A DNA stretch of 64,000 nt from a bacterium. GTDB lineage: Bacteria; BMS3Abin14. The position numbers were made by a program, and so were the translations under genes. The DNA lies in NCBI GenBank assembly GCA_020350725.1, contig CP070719.1:1579404-1643403 (forward strand), given 5' to 3'. The notes under the pieces were generated by a model. The model saw only the letters and a program-made list of their open reading frames with translations. It did no database searches and was not told the origin of the DNA. Positions 10,903-20,709 of the stretch are shown here, one piece after another. The stretch's first letter is position 1. Each line of letters opens with the position of its first letter.

Positions 10903-11196
10903 TCAGTCCTCTTCCTGCAGCCGTCGGCTTTCCGCCATGATCGTCTCGTATATCCGCACCAGGGCGTCCGTGTCCATTGGTCCCTCAGCTCCGGCGGCAA
11001 GTTTCCTTCTGATCTTGCCCTCCCGGGCGGGGTCCAGAATGGGCATGCCCAGCTCCCTCTTGACCTCACCGATCTCCTTGGCCAGGGTGGCTCTCTCCTG
11101 CAGAAGTTCGATGATCCTGGAGTCGATGTTGTCGATGAAGGACCTTATATTCACCAGACGAGGGTCCTGATCCTTGTTTTTCCGGTCGCTGCTCAT
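10903..11196 (-). CDS. chorismate mutase, AroQ class (monofunctional)
   Basis: R..I..ID..I..LL.ER..LAKEIG..K...G.PI.DP.RE pattern typical of the AroQ helical chorismate mutase. Its ATG overlaps the nadB stop (ATGA). Confidence 0.7.
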   Translation of the reverse strand: MSSDRKNKDQDPRLVNIRSFIDNIDSRIIELLQERATLAKEIGEVKRELGMPILDPAREGKIRRKLAAGAEGPMDTDALVRIYETIMAESRRLQEED

Positions 11197-12812
11197 ACGG
11201 CCTTCATATCTCTCCTGTTGATGATCGTGTCATGCCTGTAGACTTCATCCGCTTCGGGATAGTCGAGGGTGAAATGAAGCCCTCGACTTTCCTTCCTCGC
11301 CTGGGCGCATTGGACGATCAGGGAGGCTACAGTGACCAGGTTGCGCAGCTCGATGAGTTCCCTGGTGATCCTGAAATTCCAGTAATACTCCTCCACCTCC
11401 CTCTTGAGGAGTTCGATCCTGTTGATGGCCCTTTCCAGTCGCTTGTCGGATCGAACGATCCCCACATAGTTCCACATGGTTCTTCGGACCTCATCCCAGT
11501 TGTGGGAGATCACGACCATCTCGTCCGAGTCCACGGCGTCACCGGGGTCCCAGGACGGAATTTCCTCAAGGGGTTCCGTCATCATCCTGTCCCATGAGCG
11601 CTGCAGTGATGTGGCGATCCGGTCAGCCATGACGAGTGATTCAAGGAGAGAATTGCTTGCCAGGCGATTGGCACCATGAAGGCCCGTACAGGCGACCTCA
11701 CCGCACGCGTACAGTCCGGCAAGGGTGGATCGGCCCTCGAGGTCGGTAACCACACCACCGCACAGATAGTGGGCGGCGGGGACCACCGGAAGGGGATCTT
11801 TTGTCATGTCGAAACCGTACTGCAGGCACTCCTTGTAGATGTTGGGGAACCTCTCCATTATCTCTCTCGCCGGCTTATGGGTGATATCGAGGAGGACGAA
11901 TTCATCACCTCTTTTCTTGAGCTCGGAGTCGATAGCTCTGGCGACGATGTCACGTGGAGCGAGGTCCTTCATCGGGTGATAACCTCCCATAAAGGCGCGC
12001 CCGTCCACGGTCCTCAGGACCGCTCCCTCGCCCCGCACGGCCTCGCTGATGAGGAAGGACTTGGCCGCAGGATGGTACAGGCAGGTCGGATGGAACTGAA
12101 TAAACTCCATGTTGGCGATGTCGGCCCCTGACCGATAGGCCATGGCGATACCCGCCCCGGTCGCCACGTCGGGATTGCTCGTGTAGAGGTAGACTTTTCC
12201 GGCCCCGCCACTGGCGAGCACGACGGCCCTGGCGGACCAGGGGAGGACGTCACCACTCCTGGCGTCGTGGATATAACAACCGATGCACCGGTCCTGAGCC
12301 GGATCCGCGGGCAGCTTTCCGTTTCTCGTCCCGATGGTGACGAGGTTCAGGGCCGTGTGGTTCTCCAGGAGTTCTATCCTGTCGGACTGGAGGGCTGCTT
12401 TCAGGACGGTCCTCTGCACCTCTCTTCCCGTCATATCCTCCGCATGGACGATACGCCGGTGGGAGTGGCCTCCTTCCCTCCCCAGGTCGAGATCGCCATT
12501 GTCCGAGACGCTGAAATGGGCGCCGAGGTTGATCAGGTCCCTGATGGCGCTCGGCCCCTCCCGGACGATCGTCTCCACGGCCTCTTTCCTGCAGAGACCG
12601 GCACCAGCCGTCAGGGTGTCCCGGATGTGGTACTCGAATTTGTCGGCATCATCGAGAACGGTAGCGATCCCGCCCTGTGCCCGTGATGTGGAGGTGTCGT
12701 CGGCAGACTTCTTGGTGACCACCGCGACCCTGGCGAAGGCAGACAGCTTGATCGCCGCCATGAGGCCGGCGACGCCGCTGCCGATGACCAGGATGTCACA
12801 TGTTTTCGTCAT
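11193..12812 (-). CDS. nadB: L-aspartate oxidase
   Basis: N-terminal FAD dinucleotide fold DILVIGSGVAGL. Succinate-dehydrogenase/fumarate-reductase flavoprotein-like domains. 539 aa. Confidence 0.88.
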   Translation of the reverse strand: MTKTCDILVIGSGVAGLMAAIKLSAFARVAVVTKKSADDTSTSRAQGGIATVLDDADKFEYHIRDTLTAGAGLCRKEAVETIVREGPSAIRDLINLGAHFSVSDNGDLDLGREGGHSHRRIVHAEDMTGREVQRTVLKAALQSDRIELLENHTALNLVTIGTRNGKLPADPAQDRCIGCYIHDARSGDVLPWSARAVVLASGGAGKVYLYTSNPDVATGAGIAMAYRSGADIANMEFIQFHPTCLYHPAAKSFLISEAVRGEGAVLRTVDGRAFMGGYHPMKDLAPRDIVARAIDSELKKRGDEFVLLDITHKPAREIMERFPNIYKECLQYGFDMTKDPLPVVPAAHYLCGGVVTDLEGRSTLAGLYACGEVACTGLHGANRLASNSLLESLVMADRIATSLQRSWDRMMTEPLEEIPSWDPGDAVDSDEMVVISHNWDEVRRTMWNYVGIVRSDKRLERAINRIELLKREVEEYYWNFRITRELIELRNLVTVASLIVQCAQARKESRGLHFTLDYPEADEVYRHDTIINRRDMKAV

Positions 12813-13048
12813 GGATTATGGCCCGGATTCAGGATCTCTCCTGCCAAATTTCAGGTGCCAGGCGCCTGGTCCGGGGTATTACGCCCCCGAAACCTGGAAC
12901 TCGGGACAAGAGCACACTATCAGGCTAGCACATAAGATGCTGTCGGAAAAGGCGGACATGTCGAAAATACGACGCGCTATAGGCCTTGCGCCGACCTGAC
13001 CCTTCTGGTACAAAAATCTGATGACCAATTCTTTCCGGAGGTGGTTGC

Positions 13049-13900
13049 GTGTATAGTCTCCTTGGGGAATACATGGAACTCCCCATCCCGATGGAAGATA
13101 TCGTCAAAATCCACAGGGGTATGAATCAGGTGAAGGTGTCGGTGGGCGAGCGCATGTCCGAGCCCTCCGAGGTCTACATCGTTACCACCGAGGAAAAGGA
13201 GGGGGGCAAGCTCTCCACCTACGTGGTCTTTTACCTGGAAAAGCTTCGCAGGAGGATCGTCTACGGTTACGCCGATCTCCCCTTCGAACCCGACAGAAGA
13301 ATACAGGTGGAGGCGGAGGCCATCGAATTTGTCGAGGAGATGGGAGCCATTGTCGAGGACATCGCCTGGGAGAACCTGAGTGACAGGGATCGTTCCGACT
13401 GGTTGGCGAACCAGCCGCTGTATTCGTCCCCTGAGGAGGAGTCGGATCAACTGGAATATCTCTCCGAGGATGCCCTGATCCCGGACACGGAGGAAGAGGA
13501 GCATCGGGAGGAGGGTCCGGCCAGGCCTGGGGACCAGGAAGGGACGAGGGGCATCCTCGATGACTCAAGCGACAAAGTCGTCTTCGTCGAAGAGAAATTC
13601 GATGAGATGCTCCAGCAGGTCTTCCTCAATCAGCCTCAAGAGGGCAAGCGGGAAGCGGTTGATAGGGGGATCAGGAAGGCTCCTGCGGAGATCTCACCGG
13701 AGGAGGAAGGGCCGGGGGATGCCGATGGCCCCCCGACAGCTGGCGGGCCCCCGGATGCAGCGACCGCCGACGGAACCGCCGCCGGCCCGGACGGTCCGGA
13801 GATGGAAAGGAGAGGTTCGCCAGAGGAGGTGGCCCCCGGCGAGCCGTCCGTCCCGGATGAATCGAGGAGGAAAGTGCTTCGTTTTCTCTCCAAGATGTGA
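13049..13900 (+). CDS. hypothetical protein with structured N-terminal domain and acidic Pro/Gly-rich disordered tail
   Basis: GTG start. An N-terminal domain of about 120 aa is followed by a low-complexity E/D/P/G-rich region. No homolog recognised. Confidence 0.45.
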   Translation: MYSLLGEYMELPIPMEDIVKIHRGMNQVKVSVGERMSEPSEVYIVTTEEKEGGKLSTYVVFYLEKLRRRIVYGYADLPFEPDRRIQVEAEAIEFVEEMGAIVEDIAWENLSDRDRSDWLANQPLYSSPEEESDQLEYLSEDALIPDTEEEEHREEGPARPGDQEGTRGILDDSSDKVVFVEEKFDEMLQQVFLNQPQEGKREAVDRGIRKAPAEISPEEEGPGDADGPPTAGGPPDAATADGTAAGPDGPEMERRGSPEEVAPGEPSVPDESRRKVLRFLSKM

Positions 13901-13909
13901 AGAGTACCT

Positions 13910-14042
13910 GGAGATCGGCCGTCAGAGGTCAGACGTCAGACATTTGGCGTCAGACATCAGAGATCAGACATTGGAGATTAGAGATTGGAGATTGGGGATT
14001 AGATAATAGAGGTCGGATATTGGAGATCAGACAGTTGGATAT
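13910..14042. repeat. tandem heptanucleotide array, 19 degenerate 7-bp units (GGAGATC / AGACATT / AGAGATT ...)
   Basis: Strict 7-bp register can be read off directly: ggagatc ggccgtc agaggtc agacgtc agacatt tggcgtc agacatc agagatc agacatt ggagatt agagatt ggagatt ggggatt agataat agaggtc ggatatt ggagatc agacagt tggatat. Confidence 0.85.
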
Positions 14043-14096
14043 CGGGGAAAGGGACCGGAGAGGCAGGAGAATTGATGCCGGATCAGGGGAATTGTC

Positions 14097-14873
14097 ATGA
14101 ACCTATGGAATAGATCGGTTTTTCGCTTCGCCTGTTCCTTTGTCCTCATCCTGACGGCGGCTTCCTGCGCCTCGACGAAGGACAGGGTATCGGATGCCGA
14201 ACGGGATGGGGAACTTTACTACGAGTTGGGGGTAAGAAATCTCGTCGAGGGCAACATTGAGAAGGCGTTCTTCGAGTTGGCAAAAGCAGAGCGCCTGAAG
14301 CCGAAGGACGCCAAAGTCCACTTCGCCCTGGGAACCGCCTACCTCTACAGGGGACAGGCCGAGATGGCTGTTGAGAGTTTCAGGAAGACCGTCAGGCTCG
14401 ATCCGGGCCACGCCGATGCCTACAACAACCTCGGTGCGGCTTACCTGATGCTCAAGCGGTGGGACGAGGCGATAGAGGCCTGCCAGAAGGCCCTCGACCA
14501 GCTCGGATATCGAACGCCGGAAAAGGCCCTGACGATCATGGGCTGGGCCCACTACAAAAAGGGTGAACCCGCGGAGGCCGTCAACCTCCTCAGGCGCGCC
14601 CTGTCGGTGTCACCGAAAGCCCCGGATCCTTCCAACAAGCTGGCCGAGATATACCTCGAACAGGGCAATATCCAAAAGGCGAAGCCGATCCTGCAGGAAC
14701 TGGTGAGGACGGTCCCTCAGTTCGCAAAGGCGAGGCTGAATATGGGCATCGTCTACTACAAGGAACGCGATTTTGTGGCGGCACGGGACGAGTTCCAGGC
14801 CGTTATCGAGCTCTCGGACAGGGATAGCGAGGATGCGCAGTTGGCCAGAGGTTATCTGGATCTGATCGAGTAG
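14097..14873 (+). CDS. TPR-repeat lipoprotein, PilW/PilF-like
   Basis: Signal peptide with lipobox LTAASC. At least 5 TPR motifs. Size (258 aa) and position next to rodZ resemble the pilF/pilW-rodZ neighbourhood of other proteobacteria. Confidence 0.6.
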   Translation: MNLWNRSVFRFACSFVLILTAASCASTKDRVSDAERDGELYYELGVRNLVEGNIEKAFFELAKAERLKPKDAKVHFALGTAYLYRGQAEMAVESFRKTVRLDPGHADAYNNLGAAYLMLKRWDEAIEACQKALDQLGYRTPEKALTIMGWAHYKKGEPAEAVNLLRRALSVSPKAPDPSNKLAEIYLEQGNIQKAKPILQELVRTVPQFAKARLNMGIVYYKERDFVAARDEFQAVIELSDRDSEDAQLARGYLDLIE

Positions 14874-15018
14874 GTTACCTCCGAAGAAGTACCCCGTCCA
14901 AGGCCCTCCATATCATTCCTCCGGCCTGTCCGACACCGAACAGATGGATCCTCTCACCCGGGGCGCGTGATCCCGGGGGCCGCTTTTCCCGGTCGGGCAG
15001 GCCGTGAGATCTGTGATA

Positions 15019-15759
15019 ATGGACGAGACGAACCTGACAGCGAACCATCTCGGAGAGCTTCTCCGACAGATGAGACAGAGGCAGGGTATCGACCTCCGTG
15101 ACCTGGCGGCGATGACAAAGATCAGCGTCCGCCATCTCACCGCTCTGGAGGAAGGGGATCTGGAAGGGATGCCCGGCACCTTCTTCGTCAGGGGTTTCGT
15201 CCGGAGCGTGTGTGCCGAGCTGCGCCAGGATCCCACGGAATGTCTGGAAATCCTCGACGTCCTGTTTCCCGAGGATGACGAGCCGGAGAGGAGCGTCGGT
15301 ACTGGTGCCGGACCCAGGAATGTGACCCTGCCTCTGACAGCTGCAGGGCTGGCTCTGCTCCTTCTTCTCGGAGGGGGGATCCTTCTCCTCAGCCGGGAAG
15401 ATCCCCGGTCAAAGCAGCCGGCCGCGATGGATGCCGGAGCGGCCGTCACCGGCGGGAAGGCAATCGGATCCGGCAGGGTCGAGCAGGATGCGGAAGAGAT
15501 CCCCGTCCCGGTGGACCTGAATCTTCTCATCAGAGCCATCGAGAGAACGTGGATGCGGATCCAGACCGATGAATCCGATTCCTGGGAGACAACAATGCGG
15601 CCGGGAGACGAGATCCGCCTGAGGGCAACAGAGAGCATTAATCTGCTCATCGGCAATGCCGGAGGGATCATTTTCGATCTCAACGGGAGACGGTTCGGGC
15701 CACCCGGGTCCCACGGGCAGGTCATCTCCAACTATGTCCTGACGCGGGACAACCTGTAG
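15019..15759 (+). CDS. rodZ: RodZ-like cytoskeleton protein (N-terminal HTH, TM segment, C-terminal DUF4115)
   Basis: XRE-type HTH (LGELLRQMRQRQGIDLRDLAAMTKIS), central hydrophobic helix (LALLLLLGGGILLL), and a C-terminal domain resembling DUF4115. ORF-track start is GTG at 15004; the ATG is at 15019. Confidence 0.6.
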   Translation: MDETNLTANHLGELLRQMRQRQGIDLRDLAAMTKISVRHLTALEEGDLEGMPGTFFVRGFVRSVCAELRQDPTECLEILDVLFPEDDEPERSVGTGAGPRNVTLPLTAAGLALLLLLGGGILLLSREDPRSKQPAAMDAGAAVTGGKAIGSGRVEQDAEEIPVPVDLNLLIRAIERTWMRIQTDESDSWETTMRPGDEIRLRATESINLLIGNAGGIIFDLNGRRFGPPGSHGQVISNYVLTRDNL

Positions 15760-15761
15760 GT

Positions 15762-15960
15762 GGAGATGGCATAAGGGAAATGGGAGATCGAAGTGGCGGA
15801 GTTCGAGATCGGACATCCGGAGCGGGAAACTGGAGATCAGAGAATAAAGTGTCCGTGACGCCACCTGTCACCACTTGGGTTTTCTGACCTCCCATTTCCA
15901 CTCTCCAATAGCCGGTTGCCGAACGATTGATCTCCACTGCCCATTTCCCGGCCCCCACGG
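15762..15960. repeat. heptamer array followed by inverted copies of its units (hairpin-forming element) in the fusA2 leader
   Basis: Units in 7-bp register: ggagatg gcataag ggaaatg ggagatc ... ggagatc agagaat. Downstream segments ctcccatttcca and gatctccactgcccatttccc are reverse complements of ggaaatgggag / tggagatc. Confidence 0.7.
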
Positions 15961-15997
15961 GATGTCCGCCAGTGTCCCATTCCATTAAGGGAGCCCT

Positions 15998-18019
15998 ATG
16001 TCGCTGGAAAAGCTCAGAAATATAGGGATCATTGCCCATATCGACGCGGGTAAGACCACGACCACAGAGAGGATCCTCTACTATACGGGAAAGATCCACC
16101 GGATGGGCGAGGTGGATCTGGGATCGGCCCAGATGGACTGGATGACCCAGGAACAGGAGCGGGGGATAACCATAACATCGGCAGCGACCACCTGTCGGTG
16201 GCGGGATCACACCATCAACATTATCGACACGCCCGGCCACGTCGATTTTACCGCCGAGGTGGAGCGGGCCTTGAGGGTCCTGGACGGCTCCATCGTTGTC
16301 TTCTGCGCGGTCGCCGGTGTACAGCCCCAGTCCGAAAAAGTGTGGAGACAGGCCGATCAATACCATGTTCCAAGGATAGTATTCATTAATAAAATTGACA
16401 GGATAGTAGCAAATCCTAATACATCACTGGAGGAAATTGAAAGGAAATTGAATGCCCGTCCTCTCCCCATTCAGATGCCCGTAGGATTGGAATCCGATTT
16501 TTTGGGAGTCGTCGACCTCCTCACCATGCGTCTCGTTGCCTGGAGGGACGATGAGGGAGATGATCCGGATTACGGGGACATTCCCGAGTCGGTCATTGAC
16601 GAGGCGCGAAGATGGAGGGAATCCCTGGCGGAGATCCTTTCCGACGAAGACGACAGGATCATGGAACTCTTCCTCGACGGTCAGGAGGTCCCCGTGCATC
16701 TCATGCAGGAGGCGATCAGGAAGGGAACCCTCAGGAGAAGTTTTTACCCTGTTGTTTTCGGATCGGCCCTGAAGAAGAAGGGCATTCAACCCCTTCTGGA
16801 AGCCGTCGTCGACTATCTGCCCTCTCCCAGGGACCTGCCACCGGTCGTCGGTGTCTGGGCAGGAAAGAGGGAGGAGCGTGCCCTCAGCGAGGAGGATGCC
16901 TTCTGCTCGCTGCTCTTCAAGATCATGGCCTTCTCCGGAAGACCCAATCTTTTCTATCTGAGGGTTTACTCGGGCAGGGCCAAACTGGGGGATAAGATAT
17001 TCAACTCCCGGACAGGAAGGACCGAGCGGGTCATGAAGGTCCTGAGAATGCACGCCAACAGGCGCGAGGAGGTAAAGGAGATGGCGGCGGGTGATATCGT
17101 AGCCCTCGTCGGCATCAAGGACGCGAGGACGGGGGACACCTTCTGCGACCCGGGCCACCTCATCAGCCTCGAGGAACTCTTCTTCCCCGAACCGGTCATC
17201 TTCGTCTCCATCGAGCCCAAGAGCGCCAAAGATCAGGACAGGATGATGGAGGTTCTCACCCTGCTGGCCGAGGAGGACCCGACTTTCGGCGTCCGGATAG
17301 ATGACGAGACCGGACAGGTCATCCTCAGCGGTATGGGAGAACTCCATCTCGAGGTCCTCGTTGAGCGTCTGTTCTCCGACTTCAAGGTCCAGGGCCGGGT
17401 GGGGAGGCCGCAGGTCTCCTTCCGTGAGACGGTCACGAAGTCTGCGACTGTTCAGGAGTTGTTTTCCAGGGAGATAGCGGGAAAGGAGCATGAGGCTTCC
17501 GTGACCCTTTCCATCGAGCCCAAACCGGGCGGCGGGAAGGTTCAGTTCGTAAACCGGTGTCCCGACGGGAAGATCCCTCCTGAGTTCCTTTCCTGTATCG
17601 AACGGTCGGTCTATGAGGCTTCGACGAGCGGTGCGAAGGCCGGATACCCCGTGATCGACGTCGAGGTTATCCTGGTCGATGGTGTATACCATCCGGAGAA
17701 GGCCTCGGAGACGGCTTTCAGCGCTGCCGCCTCGGGAGCCCTGACGAAATGTCTCAGGGACGGCGCCCCCGTCCTCCTGGAGCCGGTCATGGCAGTCGAG
17801 GTCGAGACACCCGATGATTACACCGGCGAAGTTGTGGGCAGTCTCACGGTGAGGCGGGCGACCATCGCGGGAGTCAGAAGACAGGGGCAGATCGAGGTGG
17901 TCAAGGCCAAGGTCCCCCTCAGCGAGATGTTCGGTTACACCACTTCTCTCAGGTCCGTCACCCAGGGTCGCGGCACCTTTACCATGGAACTCTCTGAATA
18001 CCGCCGGGTGGAAGGCTGA
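15998..18019 (+). CDS. fusA: elongation factor G paralog (EF-G2-like)
   Basis: G1 [10 protein letters not shown]3 DTPGHVDF, G4 NKIDR, plus EF-G domains II-V. 673 aa. It stands alone, not in the str operon, so it is a second-copy EF-G. Confidence 0.9.
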   Translation: MSLEKLRNIGIIAHIDAGKTTTTERILYYTGKIHRMGEVDLGSAQMDWMTQEQERGITITSAATTCRWRDHTINIIDTPGHVDFTAEVERALRVLDGSIVVFCAVAGVQPQSEKVWRQADQYHVPRIVFINKIDRIVANPNTSLEEIERKLNARPLPIQMPVGLESDFLGVVDLLTMRLVAWRDDEGDDPDYGDIPESVIDEARRWRESLAEILSDEDDRIMELFLDGQEVPVHLMQEAIRKGTLRRSFYPVVFGSALKKKGIQPLLEAVVDYLPSPRDLPPVVGVWAGKREERALSEEDAFCSLLFKIMAFSGRPNLFYLRVYSGRAKLGDKIFNSRTGRTERVMKVLRMHANRREEVKEMAAGDIVALVGIKDARTGDTFCDPGHLISLEELFFPEPVIFVSIEPKSAKDQDRMMEVLTLLAEEDPTFGVRIDDETGQVILSGMGELHLEVLVERLFSDFKVQGRVGRPQVSFRETVTKSATVQELFSREIAGKEHEASVTLSIEPKPGGGKVQFVNRCPDGKIPPEFLSCIERSVYEASTSGAKAGYPVIDVEVILVDGVYHPEKASETAFSAAASGALTKCLRDGAPVLLEPVMAVEVETPDDYTGEVVGSLTVRRATIAGVRRQGQIEVVKAKVPLSEMFGYTTSLRSVTQGRGTFTMELSEYRRVEG

Positions 18020-18834
18020 TGGGACCTCTGGTGATCTTTACCGATCTGGACGGGACTCTCCTCGACCACGAGAGCTACAGCTTCCGCATGGCCCTGCCGG
18101 CCCTGGATCTGCTCAAGCGCCGGAATGTGGCCGTTGTTCCCGTCAGCAGTAAAACCGCCTCTGAGATCCGCATGTGGATGAGACAACTACAGATCGAGGG
18201 TCCTTTTGTCTTCGAGAATGGAGGAGCGGTGGTGATCCCGCCGAATTATTTCCCTTTCCCGGTGGAGGGCAGTGTCGGGGCGAACGGAGAGGTGAGGGTC
18301 TCCCTCGGTCTGAGCATAGAGGGCGTGCGAAGAGCATTGGGGGAGATCGCGGGTGAACTGGGAATAGCGATCCGCGGGTTCGGCGTGATGACGACTCAGG
18401 AGATATCCGATCTCACCGGCCTCACGGGCCTGGAATTATCTTTCAGCATGATGAGGGAATACGACGAACCTTTTCTCATCGAGGGTGATCGTGGTGTCGA
18501 CCTCATCGGCGAGGCCGCGGCCGCCAGGGGCCTTTCCCTGGTGAGAGGCGGCCGTTTTTTCCACCTCTCGGGAGGGTGCGACAAGGGGAAGGCCGTGAAA
18601 GTTCTCGCCGAACTGTATTCGAGGATGGATCCCGATATCACATTCGTCGGGATCGGCGACAGCCAGAATGACGTGTCTGTCTTCGAAGCTGTCGACAGGT
18701 CTTTCGTGGTCCTCAGGCCGGACGGGACATTCGATCCCAGGATCCCCGAGGATGCTGCCGAGCGCGTGAAGGGCATCGGTCCTCAGGGGTGGAGGATGGC
18801 TGTGGAGGCGCTTTTCGCCGATGGGGGCTTTTGA
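18019..18834 (+). CDS. HAD-IIB hydrolase of the mannosyl-3-phosphoglycerate phosphatase (MpgP/YedP) family
   Basis: FTDLDGTLL HAD motif I. Strong overall resemblance to E. coli YedP/MPGP-family phosphatases (...GIGDSQND...). Start overlaps the EF-G2 stop (TGATG). Confidence 0.7.
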   Translation: MGPLVIFTDLDGTLLDHESYSFRMALPALDLLKRRNVAVVPVSSKTASEIRMWMRQLQIEGPFVFENGGAVVIPPNYFPFPVEGSVGANGEVRVSLGLSIEGVRRALGEIAGELGIAIRGFGVMTTQEISDLTGLTGLELSFSMMREYDEPFLIEGDRGVDLIGEAAAARGLSLVRGGRFFHLSGGCDKGKAVKVLAELYSRMDPDITFVGIGDSQNDVSVFEAVDRSFVVLRPDGTFDPRIPEDAAERVKGIGPQGWRMAVEALFADGGF

Positions 18835-18859
18835 GCAGCGGCATCCCTGAGGGGGAATT

Positions 18860-19561
18860 GTGGCAGACGCGAGACATAACCTTTCTGTCCTTGAGAGCAG
18901 GATCCATTACACCTTTGAGGATCCCGCCTATCTGGAACAGGCCCTTACCCATCCCTCCGCGGTCAAGGAGGGCAGATCAAGGGGCCCCGACAACCAGAGG
19001 CTCGAGTTCCTCGGTGACGCGGTGCTGCAGTTGGTCATATCGGATCTCCTGATGCGCCACTTTCCGGATCAGGACCAGGGACATCTCAGCTTCATGAGGG
19101 CGGAGCTGGTGAGGAAGGAGCACCTTGCCGTCCTGGCGGACCGGTTGGGACTCATGGACTTCCTCCGCATTGGACCCGGCCTGGAGGCCGCAGAAAATGT
19201 CGCCTTCAAGTCCGTCACCGCTGACGCCCTGGAGGCCGTCCTGGGAGCCGTATTCCTTGATGGAGGGTGGGAATCTGCCCGGGCCGTGACCGAAAAGGTC
19301 GTAGGGGAACTGCCTGAGCCGGCCGAGGACATCAAGGGTCCCAAGTCGGTCCTCCAGGAGATCATCCAGAAAAGGTTCGAGGGCGACGTGCCCGAATACA
19401 GGGTCCGGGAGAACCCCGGCGACAGAGCGGAGAGAAGATTCCGGGCCATGGTATATCATAGGAAGAGGCTTCTCGGCTCAGGGGAGGGCAGGTCCAAAAA
19501 GAAAGCAGAAGAAGCCGCTGCCCAGGAGGCCCTGAACAGGATGCGGGGGGAAGGATCATGA
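18860..19561 (+). CDS. rnc: ribonuclease III
   Basis: RNase III signature ERLEFLGDA. C-terminal dsRBD (GEGRSKKKAEEAAAQEAL). Confidence 0.92.
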   Translation: MADARHNLSVLESRIHYTFEDPAYLEQALTHPSAVKEGRSRGPDNQRLEFLGDAVLQLVISDLLMRHFPDQDQGHLSFMRAELVRKEHLAVLADRLGLMDFLRIGPGLEAAENVAFKSVTADALEAVLGAVFLDGGWESARAVTEKVVGELPEPAEDIKGPKSVLQEIIQKRFEGDVPEYRVRENPGDRAERRFRAMVYHRKRLLGSGEGRSKKKAEEAAAQEALNRMRGEGS

Positions 19562-20448
19562 CAGGGTTTCGCTCAGGTTTCATCGGGATCCTCGGAAGGC
19601 CCAATGTGGGGAAATCCACTCTGCTGAACGCGCTCTGCGGGGAAAAGCTCGCCATCATCTCTTCCAAGCCGCAGACGACAAGAAACCGCATCCTCGGTGT
19701 CCTGCACCGGCGCGGGTCCCAGCTGGTTTTCCTCGATACGCCCGGGATGCACGAGCTCGATCGCGCCCTGAACAGATACATGCAGGGAGTGATCTCGAGC
19801 GTGATCCAAGACGTGGATGCTGCGGTCTACATGGTGGATCCCACGCGGGCTCACGGACGGGAGGATCGCATGGCCCTTCAAGCTCTGCCTTCAGCGGCCG
19901 GGAAACCCGTTCTTCTGGCTATCAATAAAGTGGACCGGGCCGGTGAGAGACTGGTCAGGGAGCGCATCGACCAGATCCTCGCCGAGTACGAATTCGACGG
20001 TGTCTTCAGCATCAGCGCCCTGAAAAAGATCGGACTTGAACCTTTGGTGGAAAGGCTCACGGAACTGGTTCCTGAAGGCGTTCCCTATTTCCCCGAGGAC
20101 ATGGTCACCGACCAGCCCCTGAGCTTCAGTCTCGGAGAGATCGTCAGGGAGAAGCTGTTCGAGGAGACCCAGGAGGAGATCCCCTACGCTACGGCCGTCG
20201 TTGTGGAGGATATCGCCACCCGGGAAGACGGGCTGGTCGAGGTGTCGGCTGTCATTTACGTAGAGAGGGAGACACAGAAGGGGATCATCATAGGAAAGGG
20301 CGGCCGGATGCTTCGGAAGGTCGGCTCAGCCGCCAGGGTGGAAATGGAGGAAAAGCTGTGCAAGAGGGTTTTTCTCGACCTCTGGGTCAAAGTCAAGAAG
20401 GGGTGGACGGACCGGGAGGGTCTTCTGAGGCAGCTGGGCTACCGATAG
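19558..20448 (+). CDS. era: GTPase Era
   Basis: G1 GRPNVGKST, G3 DTPG, G4 NKVD, C-terminal KH domain. ATGA overlap with rnc (the classic rnc-era operon). Confidence 0.92.
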   Translation: MTGFRSGFIGILGRPNVGKSTLLNALCGEKLAIISSKPQTTRNRILGVLHRRGSQLVFLDTPGMHELDRALNRYMQGVISSVIQDVDAAVYMVDPTRAHGREDRMALQALPSAAGKPVLLAINKVDRAGERLVRERIDQILAEYEFDGVFSISALKKIGLEPLVERLTELVPEGVPYFPEDMVTDQPLSFSLGEIVREKLFEETQEEIPYATAVVVEDIATREDGLVEVSAVIYVERETQKGIIIGKGGRMLRKVGSAARVEMEEKLCKRVFLDLWVKVKKGWTDREGLLRQLGYR

Positions 20449-20709
20449 GGAGCAGCTCCCGGTTCACATTACCCGGCTTCCAGTTTTGCGTTCCCGGTTG
20501 TCGGGATTGAAGATGACGGATCACCCATCGAGGTTCCTGATCACCGGTTTTTGGATCATAACGGCAGATGTTAAACTGATCACAGATCCCCGTACAGGGG
20601 TGATTTAACCTGACACCCAAACCTGCTATCATTAATCGATCCCGGGCTCTTTGTCCCCGGCACCCGGCTCTCGGCACAAGGTAGTTCAAACACCGAAAGG
20701 CGCAGACTG

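Noticed and set aside
13897-14100. 67-aa ORF MKSTWRSAVRGQTSDIWRQTSEIRHW...
   Set aside because: It is simply the translation of the 19-unit heptamer array, so its periodic sequence comes from the repeat rather than from coding.
16424-17692. 422-aa ORF on the minus strand
   Set aside because: Fully antisense to the clearly conserved EF-G gene. High GC content suppresses stop codons, and the ORF has no motifs.
20449-20709. M-box (Mg2+) riboswitch upstream of mgtE
   Set aside because: I could not recognise the conserved M-box core sequences by eye. It is retained only as a low-confidence leader hypothesis in the findings.
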